Source: a virus (taxonomy: Duplodnaviria; Caudoviricetes). Taken from it: a stretch of DNA of 64,000 nt. Both the position numbers and the translations under genes were made by a program. The notes beneath the pieces are model-generated. The model saw only the letters and a list, made by a program, of their open reading frames with translations, had not been told where the DNA came from and searched no databases. Positions 1-9,192 of the stretch are shown here, piece after piece (position 1 is the stretch's first letter; every line of letters begins with the position of its first letter). Location: positions 64,001-128,000 of the IMG/VR virus record IMGVR_UViG_3300033463_000027; one strand, written 5' to 3'.

Positions 1-432
1 AGTTTTAGTTAGCATATTAATCTTTGCTTGCAGTTCAACAAAGTCTGATTTAGAAGTGACCGCGAGTTCATTCTCTTTAATTGTAAAGTAAAACTCCATA
101 AGCCCTTCATAGACTTCCCACGCTTTATCGGTATTCAGACTCTTGGCGTGTAATAAGGCACCGCGTTCAGTCCAGAGATAAAGAATTTTAGCGTTTTTCT
201 GAACAAGGTCGAAATTTTCTACCTTGTCTTTAAAACCCTTTAAAACATCACCTTCAAGGCGAATGTAATGTTTGCCCTCTTCGTAATGGAATTTATTGTT
301 GTTAAAATTCTGTTTGATGGTTCTTGTATCAGTCTCATAACATTCTGCAAGTTGTGCGGTAGTCAATACTCTCATACCATTTTGTTCAATTTTATCAAGC
401 TGCTGAATAGTTGTCATGGTAGTGTCGGTCAT
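1..432 (-). CDS. ORF6N-domain antirepressor-like protein (runs off window start)
   Basis: Translated by hand, not in ORF track: MTDTTMTTIQQLDKIEQNGMRVLTTAQLAECY...LYLWTERGALLHAKSLNTDKAWEVY. AAGGAG RBS upstream. Paralogous to the N-terminus of 20295-21593. Confidence 0.85.
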   Translation of the reverse strand, partial: MTDTTMTTIQQLDKIEQNGMRVLTTAQLAECYETDTRTIKQNFNNNKFHYEEGKHYIRLEGDVLKGFKDKVENFDLVQKNAKILYLWTERGALLHAKSLNTDKAWEVYEGLMEFYFTIKENELAVTSKSDFVELQAKINMLTKT

Positions 433-445
433 AATAACATCTCCT

Positions 446-1306
446 TTAATAGCGGTTCATGGGATTAGGACTGCCCCAATCACCACCTATATCATCTTCA
501 TAAATATCCTTGTTAATGGGGTTGGGATTCTTCTTGGTTATAGGCTTGCCAATGTATGTGATTGGCATAAACTCATCCGAGTTACCAAATTTTTTATTGA
601 GAAGTTCATATTTCAGCCTACTCATAGCACCGCTTATATTATTCTCGGCATTTTCATTATTGAGTACATAAATATTGGGAGCATTTGTAATACCATGATA
701 GGTATAATAACTTCCAGTTTGGCGACATACCAACAATCCTATTTCACATAAGCTATTTACACATGAATCATATTTGCTTCTGGACATTCCTAAAGTGTTA
801 GCTGCAATATCTCCTGCAACATAATAAGCTGATATAGATTTTCTACTATCCACATTGTCAACAAACATAAAAGATTTTATATACAAATATACACGTAATA
901 GGGAAGCTTTGTTTCTGTACTGATAGTTGTTTATAATGGTGTCATACTCTTTTTGAGTTAGTTTCAGAAATCTTTCTTTAGGAATATAAGAATTGGAAAG
1001 CACAACCTCTAAACATTCTGAGGGATTAATTTTTTCACCAACAACAGGATTGGATATTGTGATCCATTTCCTACCCAAGAAAAGATGTATATGTTTCCTA
1101 ATAAATGTATAATAAGAAGCCTTACGCCTATCAGCGGAACTGTACCCCGTATTATCACAAATCATCTTAATTGATAAGTATGCCTTGTTAGGGTCTGATA
1201 AAGTTCTGAAATTTAATATCCCTATATAGGTCATAAGCTCATACTCATCAACTTCATAAATATAGTCTGTGGGAATCTTGTAAAATATTTGATTTTTGTT
1301 ATCCAT
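446..1306 (-). CDS. Hypothetical phage protein, possibly tandem winged-helix / replication-initiator-like
   Basis: 286 aa ORF with GGAGG RBS and two repeated 'L..Y..I....wHTH-like' segments. Function inferred only. Confidence 0.55.
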   Translation of the reverse strand: MDNKNQIFYKIPTDYIYEVDEYELMTYIGILNFRTLSDPNKAYLSIKMICDNTGYSSADRRKASYYTFIRKHIHLFLGRKWITISNPVVGEKINPSECLEVVLSNSYIPKERFLKLTQKEYDTIINNYQYRNKASLLRVYLYIKSFMFVDNVDSRKSISAYYVAGDIAANTLGMSRSKYDSCVNSLCEIGLLVCRQTGSYYTYHGITNAPNIYVLNNENAENNISGAMSRLKYELLNKKFGNSDEFMPITYIGKPITKKNPNPINKDIYEDDIGGDWGSPNPMNRY

Positions 1307-1498
1307 TTTTCGTCCTCCAAACGGGTCACTTTACATTATTGTGCTACATGGGTAGTCATTACTTCTGTAAATTGCGTGTCATTAATGTGTGTAACATTCA
1401 AGATGCAAATTTAGAATAGATAAATAATTAAAAAATAAAAGATAAATTTTCTGAGCGCTCTCGCGCCCCCTTATTTGCTGCTTCGCAGATTTTTCTTT

Positions 1499-2299
1499 TT
1501 ATAAAGTCTTGTGATACATTTCATATTCCTTTTCTTTAGTAACAGTAAACTTTCTTTCATCATGATAATCAACTTTTATAACCTCATCTTTAGTAACATA
1601 GTTTTCAATATTAGAAGCAATGTTATATGCGAAAGCAATGCCTTTAGGAGTCCATAATACTCTATGGTCATCCGGGAGTTCAATTAATAATTCTTCCTGT
1701 TCTGCTAAAGGAGTAGGCAACCACTTATACATTTCTCTATGAGGATCATAGTAAGTATAACCTAATTTATACATCGCATAGTAGATTATCTTGTTACAAC
1801 ATTTCTTTTTAAAAGATTCGGGTAAGGCTGTTCCGATCTTATAAAAGTATAAATAGCCTTCGGCAATAAGAGATTGATTTTTGTGAAGTGATCCGGCGTT
1901 TTGATTATGTGATCCAGCGTTTTGAGATGAACTATCATTATGAGATGAGTTGTTATTCAAGGACTTGTTTTCTATTAGGAACAAGTCTTTGTTCTTGTCT
2001 TTCCATCGACAGTAACTATCATACTTGGTGATTAGTATATTAAGGTCGTAATAAACTCTTGCTACGTCTATAATGTTCTTGCCTTTTTCTATATTCTTGG
2101 CGTTTATTCTATTAAGATAGTTCATCTTTCTTTTCCACATATCAAGCAAGTCTACCGCTGGAATAGGTCTGCTCATGTTTTTGAAATTACCATGATAAAT
2201 CTTACCGAGATAAATATAAACGTGTTTAGGAAGAAATGTTATATTATAGTTCTCAAATATCCATTCTGTTATTTGTCGTTTGATTGAAACCTCTTTCAT
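1499..2299 (-). CDS. YorH-like N-terminal domain fused to a KilA-C/antirepressor-like C-terminus
   Basis: RPIPAVDLLDMWKR...ARVYYDLNILITKYDSY matches QPISVADLLDMWQR...ARISYDLSIVMSRHSSY of 44230-44868. C-terminal WTPKG motif. Confidence 0.6.
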   Translation of the reverse strand: MKEVSIKRQITEWIFENYNITFLPKHVYIYLGKIYHGNFKNMSRPIPAVDLLDMWKRKMNYLNRINAKNIEKGKNIIDVARVYYDLNILITKYDSYCRWKDKNKDLFLIENKSLNNNSSHNDSSSQNAGSHNQNAGSLHKNQSLIAEGYLYFYKIGTALPESFKKKCCNKIIYYAMYKLGYTYYDPHREMYKWLPTPLAEQEELLIELPDDHRVLWTPKGIAFAYNIASNIENYVTKDEVIKVDYHDERKFTVTKEKEYEMYHKTL

Positions 2300-2442
2300 T
2301 TATGTTCCTCCATAATTTATTAAAAAAACTGATTATTTTAAGCTTGATGTTCTTAGGGGTATAGTTAGTAGGGGAAGGGTCATTGAAGCGATTTTAGAGT
2401 GATTTTTGCCCTATTTATAGGGAGCATTTTAGTAAAGTCGTT

Positions 2443-2793
2443 TCATGTTTTGTTTTGCTTTAGTCTTTGTATCATTTCTTGTTTTTGTTCTTCTGAATAT
2501 TCTCTTTTCTTGGGAGATTTAAAACTAATTGCGTTCTTGGGAACCTGATAAAATTTTCCTGCAACCTCACCATCAGGATAGTAGTCTATATCGGTGATAG
2601 AATAGTTTAGTTTATCGAATTTGCGTATATGGGATTGGACTGCTGAGTAGATCGTCCAGTAACCATCGGCTTCGTTATAGACACAAGCTGTTTCACGTTC
2701 GTCTTTAGTAAGGCGTTGAATGGGTTCAACGTTGGTTCTCTGAACTTGTTCAGAGGTAGATTGTTGGATTGGTTCGATGTTGGTTTCTTTCAT
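2443..2793 (-). CDS. Hypothetical protein
   Basis: 116 aa ORF, GGAGG RBS, overlaps the upstream gene stop. Confidence 0.65.
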   Translation of the reverse strand: MKETNIEPIQQSTSEQVQRTNVEPIQRLTKDERETACVYNEADGYWTIYSAVQSHIRKFDKLNYSITDIDYYPDGEVAGKFYQVPKNAISFKSPKKREYSEEQKQEMIQRLKQNKT

Positions 2794-3059
2794 ATTTGTT
2801 CCTCCTGTAATAATGCAAGTTGATTTGTTATGTAGGTGCGACGATAGATTTCAAGAGAGTAATAGGTTGGGAAGTAAGATAGGATTGATTTGAAATCGTT
2901 GTTGGATTTGGATTCAGAGAACAGGTCTGGTATTGGGAGATGAAATTCTGAAAAGAGTTTAAATGTTTCTCTGATATCTCGTATTGAGGGAGGTTTTTTA
3001 CGGGATTCTTCTTGGGGATAGGAATGGGTGATTAGGATTGATAGGTTTGTATCGTACAT
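2790..3059 (-). CDS. Hypothetical protein
   Basis: 89 aa ORF with AAGGAG RBS downstream of a leftward promoter. Confidence 0.6.
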   Translation of the reverse strand: MYDTNLSILITHSYPQEESRKKPPSIRDIRETFKLFSEFHLPIPDLFSESKSNNDFKSILSYFPTYYSLEIYRRTYITNQLALLQEEQI

Positions 3060-3075
3060 GATTAGTTTCTCCTTT

Positions 3076-3169
3076 TTGGTACAGTGTATATTGTTATTAG
3101 GATATAGTTATACCCTATTCTATTATACCACGTTTAGTATGGTGGTGTCAAGTGGTTTTGTGGGTACAG
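3076..3169 (-). promoter_or_regulatory. Leftward sigmaA promoter with TGTACC boxes
   Basis: Minus strand TGTACCCAC-N8-TTGACA-N18-TATAAT (extended -10), with a second TGTACCAAA box downstream. Confidence 0.7.
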
Positions 3170-3199
3170 CATATAATTTTGTATAGGTGCAATATTGGT

Positions 3200-5050
3200 T
3201 ATATTATTTAATTTATAGTAGGTTGAAGGGGTGATGATAGGGGTCTGAGATAGGATTTTTGGGGTGTTTGATTAATTATACGTGTTTAATTGTTTCGGTG
3301 AGATTGCGGAAAGGGTTGATTTTCAAGGGTTAGAGAGGGGTTGGGTAGGTTTGATTTATCGTTTTTCGATAAAAAGAAAAAGTAGTAGGAGTGGTGATTC
3401 CTACTACTTGGTGGAGAGATAATTGGGTATTTTGTTTGTATTTACGTGGGGTTTACGTGTTTTTGGGGTAGGGGAGTACGTGGGGGTAAAGAGGTACGGA
3501 AGGTTTGGGAGCGGGGTGAGTTGATTTGGTGGTAACCTAACCACGCCTTGCGGGGTCGGGGTCAGGTCATGAACGTAAAGTCACCCCGGTCTCTGAGCGA
3601 GATCGTCCGGGTATAGTAGTTTGTGCGGTTCAAGTACGCGGGTTTATCCCGCGTTTAGAGCAATTGCAAAAATTCAATAATATCGTCGTTTGCGGCGTGT
3701 TTTGCCGTCGGCGGTGGGTGCTCTTTACATTTCGTTTTTTGCACAAAGTCGAAATGTCAAGGCAAATTAACCCTCATGCAAGCCGAACAAATCAGCGGTT
3801 GACTTTTCAGGGGCTTGAATTTGTAGCAGAATAACAGGTGTTATAGCGTGATATCATTTTGATATCATTTTGATATCGGTATACGTTACGCCTAAACAAA
3901 TATGTTTAGTCTACATTTTCTCCACTCTCGGTGTATAAAATGCAGATTTACAATCACTTACAATTACTTACAATTTGTTTGACAAAATACAAATATCCTC
4001 GATCACTTCCGCAAATTACTAAACAAATATGTTTAAGTTATCAATACTAAACAAATATGTTTAGTATAACTATCATTATTATATTTATTACAAATTGGTT
4101 ACAATATATTACAATATGGTTACAATAATTACAAATCAATTACAATACTAATTATTACAAAACAGTTACAAATAGTTACAAACTAATTACAAATATTACA
4201 ATAAAGTATCAACAAAACTTTCAACACTATTCAACAAACTTTCAACAAAAATAAGTTTACCATAAAAACAAATACATAAAATATCGGTCAAATAAATCAA
4301 TCTGATTTTCTTCGATCGTATAACTATACGATGCACATATACAAATCAGCTACAAATCACCTATACAATATATAGTATATATCAATACAAAAAAGCATAA
4401 AAGACACTACATCTTGTATGCTAACATATTATCATATACAATTATATTATGATTTACACAAAAAATCATTCCGCTATATACAAAAATATATACCTATATG
4501 CAATTATTTCATTACATTCATTTAACTATTAACATCTTATTCACATTCACCAATACCGCATATTATATGCAATATACACAACTTTCAACAATTAAATTTA
4601 TGCACATTTACTTTAATTATCAATCACATACATATTAATAATCTATTCATAAATTGGTGATCTGCCTGAGCAGGCATTATATATAAATCATATATAATAT
4701 AAATCATAACAAATATAAATCAACTATAATCAAATCTGCAAATATTACAAATCAAACATAATATGAATTATACAATATCCGATATATACATAACAAACAT
4801 CAATCATTTTACAAGTAAATTACAATTAAGCTGCGCATTATCAATATTTATTAATTGATAAATATTGCGTTATGTCAAACTATTTGTAAATAACTGTAAA
4901 TGATCTTGGTGCCTGAGCAGGCACTTTATATATATTTTAAACATATTATACTTTAAATATAACTATCCTGATCTCCGATACCTTCCCCCGAAAAATCATA
5001 TATAACACACTTTATCAAACTGTAAGCGATTTAAGGCGGGTTTGTATGTG
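3200..5050. other. Large non-coding region with strand-composition switch; candidate genome terminus/packaging region or origin
   Basis: G/T-rich about 3200-3560, GC-rich hairpins about 3550-3760, A/C-rich about 3900-5000 with many TTACAA repeats. Gene orientation diverges around it. Confidence 0.5.
3892..4064. repeat. Three palindromic CTAAACA-aata-TGTTTAR boxes
   Basis: Copies at about 3892, 4019 and 4047. Confidence 0.75.
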
Positions 5051-5119
5051 GGTAGTATAGTTATATAGGGTATACACTAAAAACGTCATACGGGGCTTGT
5101 TAGGCGGTTTATAGGTATT

Positions 5120-5341
5120 TTATAATTCACCTTTAATTATTTTATTCAAATCTGTCAAGGATATACCAAACATATATTTAAACGATGTTTGGGCGTTTAT
5201 ATTCATTGCTTGCGCTTGCAAAACTAATGTTTTTATTATATAATTTTGTAAATCTTTATCGGATTCAAAAACCATATAACTAATATCATCTGTTATATTA
5301 TTATCTGATTTTTTCAATTCAGATTTCTTTATTGTAAACAT
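5120..5341 (-). CDS. Hypothetical protein
   Basis: 73 aa ORF downstream of the RHH gene. Confidence 0.55.
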   Translation of the reverse strand: MFTIKKSELKKSDNNITDDISYMVFESDKDLQNYIIKTLVLQAQAMNINAQTSFKYMFGISLTDLNKIIKGEL

Positions 5342-5347
5342 TATTAT

Positions 5348-5557
5348 TTACTCCAAATCTATATTATTATCTATTATATAATTAGTTGCTTTTATTATAT
5401 ATTGTGCTATACTCATATTATATAAAGATGCTGTATTTCGTATCATTTCCGCATCTTCGGGTTTTATCTTTATAGATATATTTTTATAATGGGATTTAGA
5501 ATATTTGGCATTTGCTCGAATTTTCGCATCACTATTCTTTTTTTGTGCATTTTCCAT
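5348..5557 (-). CDS. Ribbon-helix-helix (Arc/antitoxin-like) DNA-binding protein
   Basis: AKIRANAKY..YKNISIKIKPEDAEMIRNTASLYNMSIAQYI is a typical RHH pattern. AAGGAG RBS. Confidence 0.7.
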   Translation of the reverse strand: MENAQKKNSDAKIRANAKYSKSHYKNISIKIKPEDAEMIRNTASLYNMSIAQYIIKATNYIIDNNIDLE

Positions 5558-5616
5558 AAACTTTAGACTCCTTTACTTTGCTAATTTATTTATCTATACA
5601 AATTGATCTTGCTGGT

Positions 5617-5662
5617 TACAATATATTGTGGTGTAAGACTTTGACAAACACAATATATTGTA
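5617..5662. promoter_or_regulatory. Tandem NrdR-box-like pair
   Basis: TACAATATATTGTG (5617) and CACAATATATTGTA (5649), 32 bp apart. Confidence 0.65.
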
Positions 5663-5663
5663 T

Positions 5664-5754
5664 TACAATTCGTCTATTGTACATAATATACAATTCGTCT
5701 ATTGTAAGTTTGTGCAATTCGTCTATTGTATTCCTGATTGATTCGTGATATAAT
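5664..5754 (+). promoter_or_regulatory. Three TACAAT-tcgtct-ATTGTA operators overlapping a rightward sigmaA promoter
   Basis: Copies at 5664, 5689 and 5713. -35 TTGTAT 5726-5731, 17 bp spacer, TG-a-TATAAT -10 at 5749-5754. Confidence 0.75.
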
Positions 5755-5874
5755 AAGTACAACGAAAAGAACAAAACCCGAATCAAGGCGGTTAGCCTTA
5801 ACCCCTTTAAGGGGCGCAAAAAGGGTTGACGTTCTTTGAGTTACCCACTCTTTAACGGGAGGGGGTGAATACAT

Positions 5875-5988
5875 ATGAATCTGCTGATTGATCTTATCTT
5901 TGCGGTTCCGCTTGGCTTCTATCTCTGGCAAGGGTTCAAAAGTCAAGTCGATAAAGCAAGTAAGGGCAAAAAGCACGAAAAGCGGTAA
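5875..5988 (+). CDS. 37 aa hydrophobic peptide with basic tail, type I toxin-like
   Basis: MNLLIDLIFAVPLGFYLWQGFKSQVDKASKGKKHEKR. RBS GGAGGGGGTG is sequestered in hairpin 5841-5868. Confidence 0.6.
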   Translation: MNLLIDLIFAVPLGFYLWQGFKSQVDKASKGKKHEKR

Positions 5989-5989
5989 T

Positions 5990-6710
5990 ATTTACCGCTG
6001 ATTGACAAAACCCCAAAAGGACCCTACCGCGGGGCTGCTGTATAAGCATAAATGCGGGGCGGTGTGAGCTGAAAAGCCGTTATCCGTCGGGGGAATGTCA
6101 ATTATAAGTCAAGCGGTTTTCGGTGTCTGCTTAAACGCCGGCGGTACAAGTCAATGAACCTGTAAGTCTTGACCGTATGGGGGTATCTTGAAAATTTAGA
6201 TATCATGTAGTTGCGGCGGTAACTGTCGAGGTGGATGACCTTCCATGTGAAAGCTCTCTCCGCTATCAGTACGCCCAAATAAAAAAATGTTGCTCCCTTG
6301 TAACATTTGCGGTAAAACTGCTAAAACTGCATGACGAAACACTAAAGTAAATAGACGTTACAAGATCGCCTAAATTTTGCGGATAATAGGTGGTATGTGC
6401 CGACTGGATTAGAATGTATTCTATGAAGGCGGCAACAGCGTAAAGGGGTTTACGGCTGATGACCTTCCGACGATCTCGGAATAGCGGTCTTGTGAGTATT
6501 GAAACGGTGTAAAATATGAATGTCTGATTACCTACAATTCCAATTCAAATTTTTAGGCAATAATCGGAATCAAGCTCTGACATTATCCCCATCTTATCAT
6601 ACCACAACGGGGCTAAAAAGTCAAGGGCTGATTCTGATTTGCGCCTGAATTTGTACGAATTAACCATAATTCATGCGGTTAGTTTGTAGAGATTTAGGCA
6701 CAAAATAGGT
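5990..6710 (+). ncRNA. Candidate large structured non-coding RNA or leader
   Basis: About 700 nt with no ORF. Long-range stems ATTGACA..CCCC/GGGG..TGTCAAT, CTTGTAAC/GTTACAAG and TGTTGC/GCAACA, plus a long hairpin at about 6633-6710. Confidence 0.4.
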
Positions 6711-6748
6711 GTCTATTGGTTTTTTAACTTGAATTGGAGGGATTTTCT

Positions 6749-7048
6749 ATGAAAAAAACAACGTCTATGATCTATACACCTTCGCATGAAGCGCGTGAGC
6801 TTTACGTGTACACTATCAATTGTGGGCGTGTAGGTGACTACATGAATGCAATAGAGGAAAATCTGCGTAAAAAGATAAGAGCAAACAAGTATGATTCCGA
6901 AAAGGCTTTAGGCGCTTTTTATAATCTTGCTTGTGAAGGTTCCAGAATGTACGGGCTTGACTTCGGTTATACTTTCGATGTAACCGCACGTTATACCGCG
7001 GCTGTAGATATGCGTAACGCTTTTGAGCTTGACGAACTGGAGGCGTGA
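6749..7048 (+). CDS. Hypothetical early phage protein
   Basis: ATG after TGAATTGGAGG RBS. Confidence 0.7.
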   Translation: MKKTTSMIYTPSHEARELYVYTINCGRVGDYMNAIEENLRKKIRANKYDSEKALGAFYNLACEGSRMYGLDFGYTFDVTARYTAAVDMRNAFELDELEA

Positions 7049-7262
7049 ATCATGATATTCGATCTCATAATCCGCTTGCTCTGCGGAGGTCTCTGTAACT
7101 TCGGGCGGGGTCTGAATGATCTCGCCCGTTAACTGTAACAGTCGTGCAATAGTCGCGGCTGCGCGTGTTTTCTCGTGGTTACTTTTCGCGTGAATGAAAA
7201 ACCACCACCACAAGCGGCGGCATCCGCTTAAACTGTCAAATAATGAATTGGAAGGTGATTGT

Positions 7263-7604
7263 ATGAATATTACAATTAAAGGAAATAAGCGACTGATTTC
7301 TGCTAAAACTCGGTTTATGTTCGCATTCTCTGATTCAATCTCTGAATCAAGGGAAAGTGAATCTGAAAAAATCAAGGCTATGATTGAAAAAATAGCCGAT
7401 GATCACGACGGATTCAGCATTACTTTATACTTAAACGATGGGCGCAAAATGCGTTATATCGGGTTTGTATACGGCGATGAATGGCGGGTTGCTTACTTCT
7501 ATAACGGCGTTCCCTATGGTCATTTCTCGGATACTGAACACTTTTTAGATGAAATTGTATCATTTGTTACAAATGGATACGATCTCTATGTAAAGGCGGT
7601 GTAA
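7263..7604 (+). CDS. Hypothetical early phage protein
   Basis: ATG after TGAATTGGAAGGTG RBS. Confidence 0.65.
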   Translation: MNITIKGNKRLISAKTRFMFAFSDSISESRESESEKIKAMIEKIADDHDGFSITLYLNDGRKMRYIGFVYGDEWRVAYFYNGVPYGHFSDTEHFLDEIVSFVTNGYDLYVKAV

Positions 7605-7606
7605 CT

Positions 7607-7804
7607 ATGAAATACTATAGCATTTTTCGTCCTGTTGGAATAGGCACGTTCCCTAAATATGCGGATAATAAAGTGATTGAAATAGTCAACTTTGATTATC
7701 GGAAATACGTCCCTGAAATAGGGCGTGAGGCGTGGGGTTATATCGTGTATGAATCGGAAATAGCGGAAACGGATGCAAGGTCTTACGATCTTGTCAAGGA
7801 ATAA
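7607..7804 (+). CDS. Small phage protein resembling polyvalent-protein/anti-restriction-associated domains
   Basis: YYSIFRPVGIGTFPK...AWGYIVY motif; family recalled, not verified. Confidence 0.55.
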   Translation: MKYYSIFRPVGIGTFPKYADNKVIEIVNFDYRKYVPEIGREAWGYIVYESEIAETDARSYDLVKE

Positions 7805-7927
7805 TCATGATACTATGCGGCATAGCGGTGTAAACCTGCCTATCTTCGGATATTGGGTGCAAGTCCCTTGCATAGTCTTATCCCTTGAATCAAAGGGAAA
7901 TTTTATGAATTGGAAGGGGTTGCTATT

Positions 7928-8266
7928 ATGGCAAGAATGACAAATACTGAAATAGTAGCTTTCGCTTGGGGTCAACTTGTCGGCTCTGGCGTGATCTCTG
8001 CGGAGGAAGAAATTCACACCTTTGCAAAGTGGAAAAGTCTCGGCTATGCCGTAAAGCGTGGTGAAAAGTGCGTGGTAAAGCTGACAATATGGAAGCATAC
8101 CACAAAACAAATTACGCTTGAAAACGGTGAAAATGTGGAAGATACAAGAATGTTCATGAAAACGGCTGCATTTTTCAGCACTTCGCAAGTTGAAAAGATT
8201 CAGCCCGTGAAACGTGTTGACCCGTCGGAATACATCGGAGTAAAGCGCACAATAACATTAAGGTGA
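7928..8266 (+). CDS. ArdC-like N-terminal ssDNA-binding domain protein
   Basis: HTFAKWKSLGYAVKRGEK and FSTSQVE motifs. Confidence 0.7.
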   Translation: MARMTNTEIVAFAWGQLVGSGVISAEEEIHTFAKWKSLGYAVKRGEKCVVKLTIWKHTTKQITLENGENVEDTRMFMKTAAFFSTSQVEKIQPVKRVDPSEYIGVKRTITLR

Positions 8267-8352
8267 TCTGAAAATAGGGCTTGACTGGAATAATTCAAGC
8301 CCTGATTTGAGGTCATTTAATACGATCTCGGAATGAATTGGAGGGTGATACT

Positions 8353-8673
8353 ATGATGTATTCGGAATTTATCGAACGTACTGGCTATGACAAAAATTAC
8401 ATCACTTTTGCAGATTATGCGGATTTTATCGAACCTGCATATATGCGGCTTGACGTGGATAAAGACAAATTCTGCAAGAAATTTCAGCACCTTTACAGAG
8501 AAAAAGTGTTTGGTGCTGTAGAATTAATGATTATCGGTCATACCTTAGCGGAAAAAGAATCTTATATTTGCGGTGAGTTTGATATGTCTGACGTACAAGG
8601 TGCAGAAAAGCTTATGCAACGTGGATTCTTTAAGGAAATAAAGCGGGGACATTATGACAAAAAGCTCGTTTAA
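8353..8673 (+). CDS. Hypothetical early phage protein
   Basis: RBS GGAGGGTG; MMYSEFIERTG...YMRLDVDKDKFCK. Confidence 0.7.
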   Translation: MMYSEFIERTGYDKNYITFADYADFIEPAYMRLDVDKDKFCKKFQHLYREKVFGAVELMIIGHTLAEKESYICGEFDMSDVQGAEKLMQRGFFKEIKRGHYDKKLV

Positions 8674-8761
8674 ACTCTTGAATAATAGGCATGATCTCGG
8701 AATCATGCCTTGAATTGAGGGGCTTAAACTCTCGGAATTTGAATTGAAAGGTGGAATCTCT

Positions 8762-9085
8762 ATGACTACAAGAGAAAAGAGGTATGCACTTCTTAGCAAT
8801 GCGCGGAATAATCTTGACATTGCTATGCGGGAACTGTCGGAAGCTATCAACACATACAAGCAGACTGCGGAAATATACAAGCAATACCGCATGAATGGTG
8901 ACTATGTGTGCAAGGAATTTTGTGTAAATGGCAAATTCTACACACTGGAAAAAGCACATGACGAAATGGATGCGGCTGATTCTGCGGTAAGGTCTGCGGA
9001 AAATCAAATAACAGATTACAAATTCGGAAGTGATGCGGAAATTGAAGCGTGGTATACTATGCTTGAAATAGCGCACATAATTTGA
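8762..9085 (+). CDS. Hypothetical early phage protein
   Basis: RBS AAAGGTGG. Confidence 0.65.
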   Translation: MTTREKRYALLSNARNNLDIAMRELSEAINTYKQTAEIYKQYRMNGDYVCKEFCVNGKFYTLEKAHDEMDAADSAVRSAENQITDYKFGSDAEIEAWYTMLEIAHII

Positions 9086-9161
9086 TGAAAAGCCGAAACA
9101 GGGGACTCAAAATCCTCTGTCGTGCGGAATGGTATTCAGTGCCTGACGATGACAGCTATCA
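9083..9161 (+). ncRNA. Hammerhead ribozyme (type II permutation), one stem II mismatch
   Basis: GCC-GAAA-CAGGGG..CCTCTG-TC-GTGC..GTGC-CTGACGA-T-GAC. Predicted cleavage after GTC at 9121. Confidence 0.7.
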
Positions 9162-9192
9162 TTGAATGTTTATTGAATTGGGAGGAATCACA

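Noticed and set aside
4853-4881. dif-like site (TTATGTCAAAC)
   Set aside because: Only the XerD-like arm matches; no convincing XerC arm.
5616-5976. Minus-strand ORFs 5616-5819 and 5674-5976
   Set aside because: They span operator repeats and the promoter, lack an RBS and are opposite a better-supported peptide gene.
6436-6512. Possible hammerhead (CTGATGA...GAAAC)
   Set aside because: CTG is paired within a hairpin, and no stem II-GAAA or stem III-UH geometry can be built.
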